Origin: Trichoplax adhaerens
Lineage: Eukaryota; Animalia; Placozoa
NCBI RefSeq assembly: GCF_000150275.1
Contig: NW_002060978.1
Coordinates: 310,001 to 374,000, forward strand
Length of the DNA stretch: 64,000 nt
Reading direction: 5' to 3'
Shown here: positions 26,101 through 38,485 of the stretch, one piece after another
Layout of the letters: every line of letters begins with the position of its first letter
How positions within the stretch are numbered: position 1 is the stretch's first letter
Made by a program: the position numbers and the translations under genes
Notes under the pieces: model-generated
Database searches by the model: none
The model's input: the letters and a program-made list of their open reading frames with translations, nothing else
What the model was told of the DNA's origin: nothing

Positions 26101-27754
26101 GTAATTTTATTTTTACCCGGCTATTACGACCGTTGAAACTAGCGCTTTACTGTTTTATTATCTCTTCAGTGTTCATTCCTATTAGAAAAATCGATTTCTT
26201 TAGCCTTAAATGCTTCACTGTACACTTTTCGCTTTAGATTACATTATATGCAGTGATTTCGTTTCTTCTTCAAATATAAACAATTGAGCAATAAAACCTA
26301 TTTCTCAAACGGCATGGGTGAGTAATTAATAGCCAAGAAAGAATGAGAGAATAAAGAATTTCAAAGTGTATCCCATATTGAGTCGAGCTACTAGTAGTAA
26401 CAATCTATGCTGGATGCAATTTCTTCATAATGGTCCATCAGTAACTATAAAGGCTATCTATACATCTTTTACAGCGACTACGAAATCTATGCCTAAAATC
26501 TAGTGCTCATACTGAAGACTTTTTAAATCGTATTTGTTACAATATTAAAAACTTGCTACGCCCAAAAATTTAATACAGTTACTAACATTTTCTTTGTCCA
26601 AAGATATTTCCTACCATATCTTGTAATAAGTATGATTGATATGGAGTTGTTATGTTAAAGTGAAATACTCATATAGTCATTTTTATTTTCTAATCAATTC
26701 TTCAATAATATCCGTTATGATGGTCATATTGAAAACCGCTGCAATTATATCCCCTAGCGTTATCAAGTAGTAGTAATGTGAAATTTGGGAATTACCGTAT
26801 ACTCGTGCTAGTTTTCGATTCTATGAGAGGGAAAGGATATCAAACTATAAGCAATGATATTATCAAATGAAGGAAAGCCGTTTTATAAAACTCTATTCTT
26901 TGTTTAAAATGCATTATGATAGCTATCATCATAACTGCAGTACTTAATCTTTAGCTTTTATAATGCGATAATGGCATTATTTTGAGAACTATTTTAGTTT
27001 TGGATGCTATAGTTGGGAAGGATTTCTCAATATGAATGATGCATAGTCTTAAATAGTTATGCTTCTAAAATCCTTCAATTGGAAGTTTAATATTGCAATA
27101 GTTTGAACTATGAAGACTGAATATGGCAAACGACTATTTTACTAGTATCATTAATAGAGTATACAGCAGCTGCTAAATCGTTCTTATTAATTAAAACTGT
27201 ACCTACCCTCGTTATACACTTCGAGATTCATTTTAAGGCAATTTTTATACCATGACCGGCTAGAAGTGTTTGCAGTATCTTCATCAAGGATTTAGATTTT
27301 TTCCATCAGCCGGAAATGTAGAGTTAAGCATAACGTGTTTTAATTGCCTTAATGTATTGTCTACGAAAACAATCAATTATTATTAACATATCAATGCCAT
27401 TTGATGTTGATATAGTAACTTAGTCCGTTGTTATCAATCACGGCTACTTGCATGACGTTTTGAATCTGGAATTGTCGTAGTAGAGCAAAGTCTAGGAGCG
27501 AGTAATGTATTGACTGTGGTTTTTGATGGTTTAAAAGTATTATCCTCTTCATGAAGCAATTAGTAGATGGATAAGGAAGGAGACTTTTATGCGGGTAGAA
27601 CCGAGCAGGTTTGAGTATCGAATTAGCAAAGTGGTTACTGCTCTAATTGAAAGTTGAATTTCTACACAGCGGCGTTTCATCTTGGGTAGACTTATATTAA
27701 ACGTTTCCAACGAGGTTAAACTTAGCATAAATCCACTTGATTATGTAATAGTAC

Positions 27755-28316
27755 TGTAAAGTAACTTAGTGTTGTGATTGTAGACTATTAGCCATGTTTA
27801 GTTAAATGTATGGCAGTGTCTTTTCTATATTTATTTTATGATATATTTAGTAGTCTATAATTATAGACTGGAAGGATACACCCTGTGCTAGTATGCAGAT
27901 GACTATATACAGTAAGGTGTTGAGCTACTAATAAGGTTAGAGGTAGAAATAGAATTGTAAATGATATATTAGGATATGCTTAGTTCATTTTATTTTGAGT
28001 GGTAGGAATAATGCCAATGAAAATACTGTAAGCATTTCTATATTGGATCAATGATGATTCGCTGTAAAATGCTGAGACTAATAATATGCTGAATAGGTGT
28101 AAAATATGGTAGAATGCTTCTATGCTGATTGTAGCTGCGCAGGCCATACAGAGAATAAAAGCAGTATATATTAGATTATCTGATTGCTCATTCTAGAAGT
28201 CTTTCTGTAGCTATATTCGACTAAAGTATAGCTGTGTGTAGCTAGTCCTTGTATTGGATCTAATAAAGCTTTAATTTTCTACAAATTTGGAATATTCGTG
28301 ATCGGATTTCATCGCA
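27755..28316 (+). mobile_element. Solo LTR, family B, diverged copy (562 bp)
   Basis: TGTAAA...ATCGCA termini; TSD AGTAC/AGTAT; colinear with 50494-51045 and 55851-56401. Confidence 0.82.
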
Positions 28317-28786
28317 AGTATTATTGAAAAAGTAATAAAGACAGACATAAAGTTATTATCTGATTCCGCAATGAAACTCCTTCATGTTATTTCACAGAAT
28401 GGTGATCATTACCCAATAAAGACAAATATCATAGTAATAAACCGATCATATTTAATTGCTTCGCACGGAAGGACACAAGAATTTAGTTTTGATCTGCGCA
28501 GAATATTGAGTAAAGCTACATGTATAATGTTGACAAGCTCATTAATAAACTATCATTTCGAGCCAATGTTTTGTTTCGCAGTATGTCTACAATTGGTACT
28601 TCAGAAATTAAATTTTTTTCGTTTATTGCAATTTAAACGAGTGTTTCTAAGATTTTTGCAATACAAAAGTACCATTTAATTTGCTATGATTGCCGCTAAG
28701 CATCGTTATTAGTATGATGATGCTAGTTGTTAATTGCCATTGATGGTTACCTTTTTGCTTATAGTGCGACCCTGATGACTGCCTAG

Positions 28787-29911
28787 ATGACCATGGCGAA
28801 CAGTCCTACTTGTAATGCTCAATGTGTTTATTATGGAAATGATAGCCTTAACTCCAGTCAAATTGATCTAACAGCCATTGTAGCTGGTCAAGATGTTATC
28901 TCTAGTATCTATATATGTATCGGCGTTATTGGAACTTTATTGAATGGCTTAGTGGTATATATTCTTGTCAATAAGAAAATTTTAAGATCGCGTATTCTTC
29001 GACACTTGATGATTAATCTGGCAGTGGCGGATTTATGCTCAGCTCTAGCCGTTATATTACTTGGTACTAAAACCTTCTATATAATTAATTTCAGCAGTAG
29101 CACTAGAATGAATCAAGAAGTCAATCTTAGCTTATTTGGGCAAGAACTCAATGGAATATGCAAGTCTAGCTATATTATATTTTTTATGACTAATTTTGTT
29201 TCAACTTTAAATTTAACAATCATTGCAATAGATCGCTATCGAACATTTGTCGTCAATAATATGGTCTCTATAAGATCGAAGCAAGTGAGTCTGGGTAAAA
29301 TACGCTTATTAATAGCCTGCTTTTGGGTGGTTTCTATTGGTTTTGCCTTTCCTTTCATCGAAACTTTCGAGCTAACACCTAGAGTGAATAATCGTTGTCT
29401 GTTTGCACACTCTTATAAGCATTGCACGTATAATATTGTCCTAATGGCTATAGTTTTAAGTTTATTTTGTGTTTTACCGGCCGTTATCATGATATTTTGC
29501 TACTTTAACATCATTCTATTTCTTCGTAAGCATGCGACAGGCACCAAGAACTTACTAAATAATAATAAGGAGAATCAAGCACGAGATCTTAATCACACTA
29601 AACTATTCGTCGTTATCACTTTTGCTTTTACGATCACTGTAACACCATTTATGGGATATTTAATCTACGTTTCTTGGACCAACTGTAATGCCGATGAGAT
29701 TTTGCAGTATCTGTTAACAAAATCTGCTTACGGATGGATAGCATTTCATGAAGTTGCTCACTTCCTTTTTATTTTACCTCCAATTATAAATCCATTATGC
29801 TACACATTTAGTTCTCGTTCTTACCGCAAAGCAATCTTGAATGGATGCCAATGCAATAAAGCCACAGCTATTGGTCCTTCAACTCAAACAAACTCCACTT
29901 CAAATCGTTAG
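28787..29911 (+). CDS. Class A orphan GPCR, CNADE subfamily (GPCR4)
   Basis: 374 aa 7TM with NLAVADL, IDRY, NNRC, VTPF, CNADE, NPLCY. The second ATG at 28793 has the better Kozak context (accATGg). Confidence 0.95.
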   Translation: MTMANSPTCNAQCVYYGNDSLNSSQIDLTAIVAGQDVISSIYICIGVIGTLLNGLVVYILVNKKILRSRILRHLMINLAVADLCSALAVILLGTKTFYIINFSSSTRMNQEVNLSLFGQELNGICKSSYIIFFMTNFVSTLNLTIIAIDRYRTFVVNNMVSIRSKQVSLGKIRLLIACFWVVSIGFAFPFIETFELTPRVNNRCLFAHSYKHCTYNIVLMAIVLSLFCVLPAVIMIFCYFNIILFLRKHATGTKNLLNNNKENQARDLNHTKLFVVITFAFTITVTPFMGYLIYVSWTNCNADEILQYLLTKSAYGWIAFHEVAHFLFILPPIINPLCYTFSSRSYRKAILNGCQCNKATAIGPSTQTNSTSNR

Positions 29912-32900
29912 AGATAATAGTCTAAACAGTAAATCAATAAATTTTGTCTGATTTTTAGAATAATAAATAAGTAATTTTATCCGCTGAAGATGATGAAACT
30001 AGAGATAGACAATGAAACTAGTAGAAGTCGACAAATGGTTATTTATAGTATTTAGAAACAATAATCAGATAAAATAATTGCTAAATTTTAAGGTATATAG
30101 TTTTAGTGGTGCTGAAGCCAATCGCTAATTATGAAAGATGATTTCTAATCAGAAATCCTTTCCATGTTGCAATTGATTTTTAATGCATACTTAGTCTGCT
30201 TCAGATGACGGAGTACTGTACTATATTAATAAATTAATATTTATATCATTAAAGTCTAATTTAAAACCTTTTAAATTCTATATTTGTAGTACTTTATGAA
30301 CTTAAGGACAGATTTTATCATTATCCTTTATTTTTTCATTATTTGTCGATTTTATCTGGTTTAAATTTTGATATTATGGTGAAATTTTGTATTAATTGTA
30401 CACATTTATGCCAACGTATCACCTTTGGCAAGCGACTGATATATATTGATGATTTTTTAAAGTGAAAATTTGTATGCAGTATCACCATGTTCTTAAGATT
30501 TAGTGTATTTCCTCTATGTTTAAATATTTATTATTCAGTAGCTAAGCTTTCTTTTCTTAATAAGAGCATCATTGAGTTGCGCTCTAATTAAATATTTCAT
30601 TTGCTGTGTAAATTTTCTAAGGATGCTTGACGTACAATCTAGTGCAATAAAGAAATTTGTAATATTTCAGTAATTGACAAGATTGACTACTGTTATAATT
30701 TTATTTCAAATCATAGTAATATGCTATATTAATAGCACTTATTATTGAATCTTTCTTTAACTTTGTGAGCTATAAATAAAATATTAAATTAGTTAATTCA
30801 GATCTCAAATAAATAACTATTGCCTTCCTGAATCAGATCAATAATCAGAGTAGCTAACATATTCCTTGAGTCAGGCGTTGTAGTAAAAACACTAATAATA
30901 CCTACTCCTGTCAATTTTCAATTTTTGTTCAAATTTTCCCTTATATTTTCCTGGTAAGGAAACTGAAATCACAGCTATGCCATTCTTTGTTTTTGTAAAA
31001 GGTTATTTGAAATTAAAGTGAATGGCATGTCTGGATGATATTTTGCTAGATTAACAGATTAAATTGGTATACCCCCGCAATAGTTAATTTTAAGGCGTTA
31101 TAACTTTAGCATTATTGATTACCTTTGAATAATGGAATACATATAATCATCCAGTTTATTTATTTACTACTTTATTTTTAACAAATTTCATGTAAACAAC
31201 TAATTGTAAAATAAAACGGATTGCATATGACAATACTGCTTTCATTAGTAATGTTGTTGTGTGAAATCACAAATTATTTAATGTATAAATGATTAGTATG
31301 TTATTAAACTTTGTGTTACTTTGACTCCTAAGGATTGAACTGTAGAAGTGAAGTGAAGGAAAATTGTTTAAATCAAAATTTGTTCACTGTAGGAAAGTTG
31401 CATGAAAACATGTAATTGTGAAAGCTTTCCAAAATACATGAGCATTCTAAGATACAGTTATGAGTTGCGTTTGTGTGCTAAGTGTTTCTTCTTATATAAG
31501 TAGCCGTTTTAGGAATAAAATAGTGCCACGAGTTTACAGCCCACCGTTGAGTGTAAATGCGTTGTATTGACGGTTATATAGTTGATGGCTTGCCCTTAGA
31601 TTATAGATTGTAAAACTAATTCACTTTCCAGTGAGGAAAAGTAAATTAGTTAGATATCCTACTTATAGGAGAGCTCAAAGGTCAAATCTCATTTTAAGCA
31701 TGACTGCCTCTTTTTATAAGCGTGCTCTAACGTAATTTAAAATATAGCAACGATTTTCCCTATAAAGAAAGTTCGTTCTCCATAGTTTACGCGTAAAGAG
31801 GTTTATATCATTTCTGACGATAAACTTAAGGAAAAGGTCGGTAGTTTTTCCTTGAATTAATCTTGATAAGTGATTCTAGGTAGACGAAGACCAATATGTA
31901 TTTCCGGTATATCTTTGTCTTTAGAAGGATATATAGATAGTCGTGACAAATAGATACTGTGGAACTTTAAAGGCGTTGTCCATTGTGATTCTGAATGGAA
32001 TAAATGGCTCTTTCTTACTACTTGATCATGTTGAATTTCCCCTTAGAACAGTGATAAATAAAAAGATTTCATCTCGGTAAATGAAATACTGCTTACTTTA
32101 TGTTGTAAATGAAAGATAGTTATTTTAAGTCGTAATGCAGTTATAACATCTCGTAGTTCTTTTTTGTCAGATGCAGTTGTTTAAGTAACTCTACTATAAA
32201 AGAATCAATTAATTGAATGTCTAACATATAATAGATTGACTGTATAATTCTAACAATTGAGACATGATCAATTAGGTGAATAATGAAGTATACAGTTACC
32301 ATCCTTTCTTGTATCCTTTTATGAAGTAACTCTCAACTTCAAAGTATGTTTAGAACGAACGCGGAAGTATAATAATTGAAAAGTATAAGTCACGTAATTA
32401 TCTTTCTTATTTGCCAATTTGATACTTATATGAATGCTATTAATTCGAAAGATAAATAAATTCAATGATCTTTGCACTAGAATTTAAGTACACTGCAAAC
32501 GCGAATTTAAATTGATCCTAAGCTTAGAGGCTAGAGAAAAAGTATTGTTTGATCTAAGAATAATTAAAGCGGTAAGAATTTTTTGCAATTACATGGTTTA
32601 AGTTCTTAACCTTGCCCTTTGGATTGATTAAAAATTATTGAGAATATGTATTGTACTGCATATACGAATCTATAGTATATCTTGAAATGATTTTTATCTA
32701 GTGTACTTTATCCTCTTCGTAGATAGAAATTCTTAATTATGATCGTCGTCTAAACATCTTCATAGATTCATAATCATCCGAATAATATTTGACCACTAGT
32801 TGCTAATACATTCTCCTAAGATGAGCTATCGTTAAACATTAAAAATCGTTATATCGTTGTCGAAGCCATTCCAATTTTTTTTTTTACTTTGGAGAAAAAA

Positions 32901-33016
32901 TTGATTTAACTTTATATTAGCTATGATATATAGTAGCTTATCTTCATAATTTATTCTACTAATTGAGAAAATTATTATTAAGCTCGCTTAAAATGGATAA
33001 TGACTGGTAATTCTAC

Positions 33017-33568
33017 TGTGATATATACCGATCACGAAATTCCAAATTTTAGAAAAATGAGGGCTTTATTGAATCTTATATAAAGATTAACTACACACAG
33101 CTCTACTCTAGCCGAATGCTACTATTAAAGACTTCTACAACGAACTAACAGAATAATCTAAAGTTGCATGCTTTTATACTTTTCGTAGCATTCGCAGCTA
33201 CAATCCGCACGTCAACCTTTTACCTTATTTTACAGATAGTAAAATTATTCTTAGTAGCACTTTTCTACTGCAGACCATCATTAATCTGATATGGATACGA
33301 TTACAGTATTTACGTAGACATTATTCACACCAACCAAAGTACAATGAATTAACCATATCCTAATATATAATTTTTAGTTTTATTTTTACCTATAGCCTTC
33401 TTGGTAGCTCAACACCTTACTGTATATGGTCATATGTACTCCAGCATAGAGTCTATACCACTACAGTCTATAGTTATGGCTACCAAGTATCTCTTAGGAT
33501 AAGTATCTACCGTACATTATACTAAACATGGCTAACAGTCTACAAGCACAATACTAAGTTACATTACA
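33017..33568 (-). mobile_element. Solo LTR, family B (552 bp), inverted
   Basis: Reverse complement of the family B copies over its full length; TG...CA termini; TSD TCTAC/TTTAC. Confidence 0.87.
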
Positions 33569-34359
33569 TTTACAAAACCCAGGTAATTAAAGTAACGGTT
33601 CCTAAAGGTAGTCATGTTAAATCTGGATGTTGCTTGTTTCTTCGGATTGGGAGTTCATTCTATCTATGCTTTTGTTCGTGGTCTTTTTATTAATAAATTC
33701 GTGATCAAAGAAAAGTCCTTTAGTTCATGAGACTCTCATAGCAATTATTTAAAAGTTCATCTTCTTTCAGAATTACGTAAGGTCGTTATTCTTGATAAGT
33801 ATTTCGAAGAATATCATAGTTGAAACGGATTAACGTGGCCATGATGCTCATAGTCAAACTGATATGCTGATAATTTTTGACTTCAATTTATAGCGTACGC
33901 GAATGTAACTGATATCTAAAATCTTTAAGGAGGTTTCAAAGGATTCGATAGACGATACTCATTATTCGATTCACTGTTTTATTAAGATCTGTAACTTAGT
34001 TTTTTAAATTAATTTATTGAAAATAATCGTAATTATCTTGTATTCCATTGTGTAATACAGTAAGATAGCAATCCAACTTCCAGATAGAAAGTGATTGATA
34101 TTCTTAGATATTACGTGATTAAGGATTGGGACAAGTGTGTCGTTCATCGTACTACTGAAGTCTATAATTAATTTATTGGGCATAACTAGTGTTCTATGTT
34201 ATCTTTCAAATACCTGAATACTATAATCCAATAAAAAGTTCTACTGTGCCAGTATGTACAAATTGCAGTATCGTGTTATAACGGCAATATAGTCTCGCTA
34301 TTGACTAGACACAACTTCCTTTGAGTTTAATATTAATTCCAGATTGTCTGCAATTGTAA

Positions 34360-35216
34360 TGAAAGGAAAGTGTAGAGATCAAGTTACAAAACTTTAACAA
34401 ACTTTAAAAAAAATGGAGAGAAGTATAAACCGAACAACATTACAAATACTTAGCTTTAACTATTAATAAAATAAGTCACAGACTTAAAAACTGTCAACGA
34501 CCAAACAACCTTTCAAAAAGAAGAAAGTTTTAACTTGCGATAATTCGATCCCGAAGGCCTTTTAAATTCAACAAGTTTTTCAAATAAAATCTTCTTCTAC
34601 TCTCCCTCTAAATTTTCTAGTTGCACCATCATTTATAGGCTTCTTAGAGCCGTCAGAGGTATTTAAAACTAAACAATTGCTAACCTATCGCTCTCAAGAT
34701 CCGTTTTAGAAACCTACTTTGCACCATGTAAGAAAACAAAAATCATTCAAAGTTCAGACACAATTTACCCTACGATTCCCTACAAAACACTATAAAACTA
34801 ACAAGCTAACTATAAAAATACATCAAATTTCACTTCTAACATAATTTCTATCATTAATTCGCTACACTATAAAAATCTAAAAATCAACCTTTAAACATCA
34901 AGATTTAGTCATCAAAATAACATTCTAACTACTTAACAATCAACGCAACCTCTGCTAATTTCCACCTTATTTTCCATTTTTCTAACTAAACTTTCCTAAT
35001 GTGACTTTCAAGTCACATCATAAAATTCCTAAGCTTCAAATTCATAACAAAAAGTTCAAATTTAAAAAATCAGCTCTTACGATATTTTTCATAAACTAAA
35101 ATTCAAAATTACAACAGAAAAATTATATCAGACATGAATTAAAACAGGAAAATTATATCAGACCTAAATCCGACCGGTTCCGGAATCCGAAAAATTCGGT
35201 TCTTATAAAGATCACA
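34360..35216 (-). mobile_element. Putative solo LTR, family F (857 bp)
   Basis: Sharply bounded G-poor (+ strand) block with TG...CA ends and a 4-bp direct repeat GTAA on both flanks (34356-34359, 35217-35220). CCTATAAAT on the minus strand near 34632-34640; internal repeat aaaattatatcagac twice. Single copy in the window. Confidence 0.55.
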
Positions 35217-35254
35217 GTAATCGCTTATCAAAAAAATTTATATGACTATTACGA

Positions 35255-35967
35255 TGTCACGGTACGAACTACCGTGAAGAAATAGCTATCTAAATTTGGT
35301 TAATATAATATAGCGATAATATGTTTGAAGATTCCTATTTAGTTCGTTAGTCGGTTAGATAGTCAACTAGTTTTTTCAATTGATATTTAATTGTAAAGAC
35401 TATAATCTTGGGTGCCAAGATTCCTTCAGTAATAAATGATAGTAAATCTCTGACTATCTCGTCTACATCATCTGTGACGCTATAATTATACCATAGTGTT
35501 CGGTCGTTGGAACTGAATTATTTGATGATATAGCTAATCTCGCCTCTTTAAGTTAGTAAGTGGCGTTCTCCGCAAGGATTGGCGTGTGTAGACTACTTTG
35601 TCACTAGTGGTGTGTGACAATGTTACAACTAGTTACTTAAAGTAGGAATTATTCTAATTATAAATTTGTTACAGTAAATTTAATGCTGTGCTGTAATATG
35701 TACTGAAATGATTCTGTGAATGGACATATTGTAGTCCGACTGTGAAAAATTAGTTAGTAGATGTTCTCACCTAAGTAATTTTATAAGATGACTTGTGAAT
35801 GTTAGCTGCTGTAGAAGGGTATATAAGCCCATCAGATAGTTGAATAAAGCAGTTCTCAATTGTCTAGTTAAGTTTAACGTAGAATCAAAGGCGTCTAAAT
35901 TCTTGTGAGGTAGTTAAGGGATACTGAATCCCGGAGACTATCGTAATTTAAAGATTTGTTTTACGTT
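35255..35967 (+). mobile_element. Solo LTR, family A, interrupted by a nested insertion and lacking about 30 bp at the 3' end
   Basis: Matches family A over 35255-35325 and 35620-35967; homology stops after ttacgtt. Confidence 0.85.
35326..35619 (+). mobile_element. Nested solo-LTR-like element, family E (294 bp)
   Basis: TG...GTGACA, flanked by a perfect 5-bp TSD ATGTT (35321-35325, 35620-35624) that is single-copy (ATATT) in uninterrupted family A copies. Internal AATAAA. Orientation is inferred from the terminal hairpin. Confidence 0.8.
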
Positions 35968-37300
35968 CTACTTTTCTGACTTTAGTATCGCTGAGTATTC
36001 GCGAGTATTGACAGTTAATGTTTTAGCGTCAGATTGTACGGTAACTGTACGATTATAGACTACATTACAGTACTTTACCGTCATGTTATAAATCCCCTTT
36101 CTTTATGGATAGGATTTTGCTACTAAGTCAAATTCCTTTATAATTTGAATAGACGATCAAATACCCTTTCTTTAGATTAGGCAATTGCTCTCGGGCTACT
36201 TCTATAGTAATCTCTATATAATACCTTGTAAAATAATGAAGAAGAAAAGATGACGACATGATGATTTGGCTGGGTAAAACTTAAAAACACTATCACTTTC
36301 TAGGTATTTTCTGTAGTAAAATAGTACTAGTTACATACAAAAGCTATAGAGTACTCTACTTTTAGTCCTTTACTACACAATAATAGATTTCAACTAAGCT
36401 ACTGTATCTTATAAGCGATTCTCTAGGCTAAAGATAATCTAATTTAATGAAGTTAGTGGAATAAAAGCACATATTTTTCGATATAAAATATAATGTAGAG
36501 AAATAATTATATCAGAACTTTGATCGAGTAATTCTACTGTAGTTAATTATGATGAATTTCAAAGGATTTCTAGGGTCGAAAATTCTTGTGGCAGGTAGCT
36601 TAAAAAATTCACGTCTATGATTTATCATTAGAAATAAGTTAGCTAGGTAAATTTAATCATATCTAATTAAAGAACCTAGCCGATCCATATTTAATCTTAA
36701 GAAATTTAATTCTAAAATAATAAATTGTCCAAGTCAAGATGAAATTAAAAAAGCTTTATCTATGAGGTTTTAGAAAGGTAGAGGTATAACTCAATAACAA
36801 GTATTTAAGATAATATACCCTTAGCCGGATAGAATCATCGGTTGCTATTTGTAATTTTTAGATACATAACGGCAACAATGCTGCTTTTAATCTTGTAACA
36901 AACGCCATGGAAACAATTTTACTCAAATACGAAATTAAATTATCCTAACACACGAATCTATCTACTGCAGATAAAATTACGAATTTATAGTATTAATATG
37001 AATGACTAACTAAAATTAAATTATCTAATTCAAATCGAGCTATCAACAAAATCAATACGTGACTTATCGGTACTTCAATTATTATTTGTTAACAAATACC
37101 ATTCTTAGTAAAATTTATATCTATAAATGAAGATAACAAGTAAACTTTCATGATATTTCTGCAAAGCCGTAACGGATAGAGTAGCATCATTTCATTTACA
37201 TCTTTATTTAAATCAGTCATAAGAAAGCTAGCATAATCTTACTTTCTGACTTTGTTGATATAATTTAATTTTAGATAGAAATTATTAAATTCTTGCTGCC

Positions 37301-38485
37301 ATGGATCGGTATGCTAATGTATCCAAGGATATATGCCATGTAGAATGTCTTCTGCATAAATTAATGGGAAACATTTCTGATGGTGAAGAAATCTTCCGTC
37401 GAGGTCAATTGGCTATTGCTGGCATATACATTTTCATAGGCATCTTGGGACTGATTTTAAATACTGTTACTATTGTGATTTACGCTATAAAATTTCGGAC
37501 GAAAATTACGACTTTTCATACTTTAATAATGAATCTTGCATTATCAGATACTCTATGCACTATAGCTATTATTTTGCTTGGAGCTAAGACTATTCTCATT
37601 GACATGAGTTCGCGTTCTCAGCCTATTGATACTTTGAAGGCAGCACTGTCTGCAAATAACGCGATTTGCAAGTTCAGTTACGTTATTTTCTATATGACTA
37701 ACTCCGTATCTACGCTAACTATAACTGGAATGGCCGTTGTACGATATATGTCTTTACTTGCAAGAAATATTACTGAATATCAGACATACAACGCAAAGCC
37801 AAGGAGAAGAATTTTCGTTCTGATTATAATATGGGCCTTAGCCATTAGCAGTGCAATTCCAGTTTTCAGAATTGTCGAACTAACTCCTGGAGTTAAAGTT
37901 CGCTGCTTTTTCGCAAATTATCATGATGAAGGCTGCTTTTATAATTTGGGCTACATTATTTCGATTACAATACTTTTATGCATTATTCCTATGGTAACGC
38001 TACTGTACTGCTATATTTATTTAGCTAAATTTTTATTCCGACAGCAAACAGAAAGGAGGGAATCTTTCAGTGAAGCGAATCTAAACTCGACTGCTTTTCG
38101 TACTCGTAGTATTAAGGAAAGACGAGCAGCAATATTAGTAATCAGTGTTACAATTATATTTATTTCGACTTCGATTCCTTTTATAGTTTATCAGTGGATC
38201 ATTTCTGTTAGTCAATGTAATGCCGATGAAATATTAATTTTCTGGATGTATAAGAGTTCATCGAACTGGATATTTTATGAAATTGCTCATTTGTTATTTA
38301 TATTGCCTCCTATATTGAATCCTATATGCTATACATGCTTTAATAGTAATTTTCACAACGCTTGCCGATCAGTACTAAAGAATAGAAGGCTTACCAGAGA
38401 ATCTCAGTCATCGACTAAATCAAGCTTATTGAACATTTTAGACCGCCTTATTTTCTATGCGGAGAAATTAAAAAGAGCAAAATAA
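37301..38485 (+). CDS. Class A orphan GPCR, CNADE subfamily (GPCR5); DRY changed to VRY
   Basis: 394 aa 7TM with NLALSDT, VVRY, KVRC, SIPF, CNADE, NPICY. Kozak context gccATGg. Confidence 0.95.
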   Translation: MDRYANVSKDICHVECLLHKLMGNISDGEEIFRRGQLAIAGIYIFIGILGLILNTVTIVIYAIKFRTKITTFHTLIMNLALSDTLCTIAIILLGAKTILIDMSSRSQPIDTLKAALSANNAICKFSYVIFYMTNSVSTLTITGMAVVRYMSLLARNITEYQTYNAKPRRRIFVLIIIWALAISSAIPVFRIVELTPGVKVRCFFANYHDEGCFYNLGYIISITILLCIIPMVTLLYCYIYLAKFLFRQQTERRESFSEANLNSTAFRTRSIKERRAAILVISVTIIFISTSIPFIVYQWIISVSQCNADEILIFWMYKSSSNWIFYEIAHLLFILPPILNPICYTCFNSNFHNACRSVLKNRRLTRESQSSTKSSLLNILDRLIFYAEKLKRAK

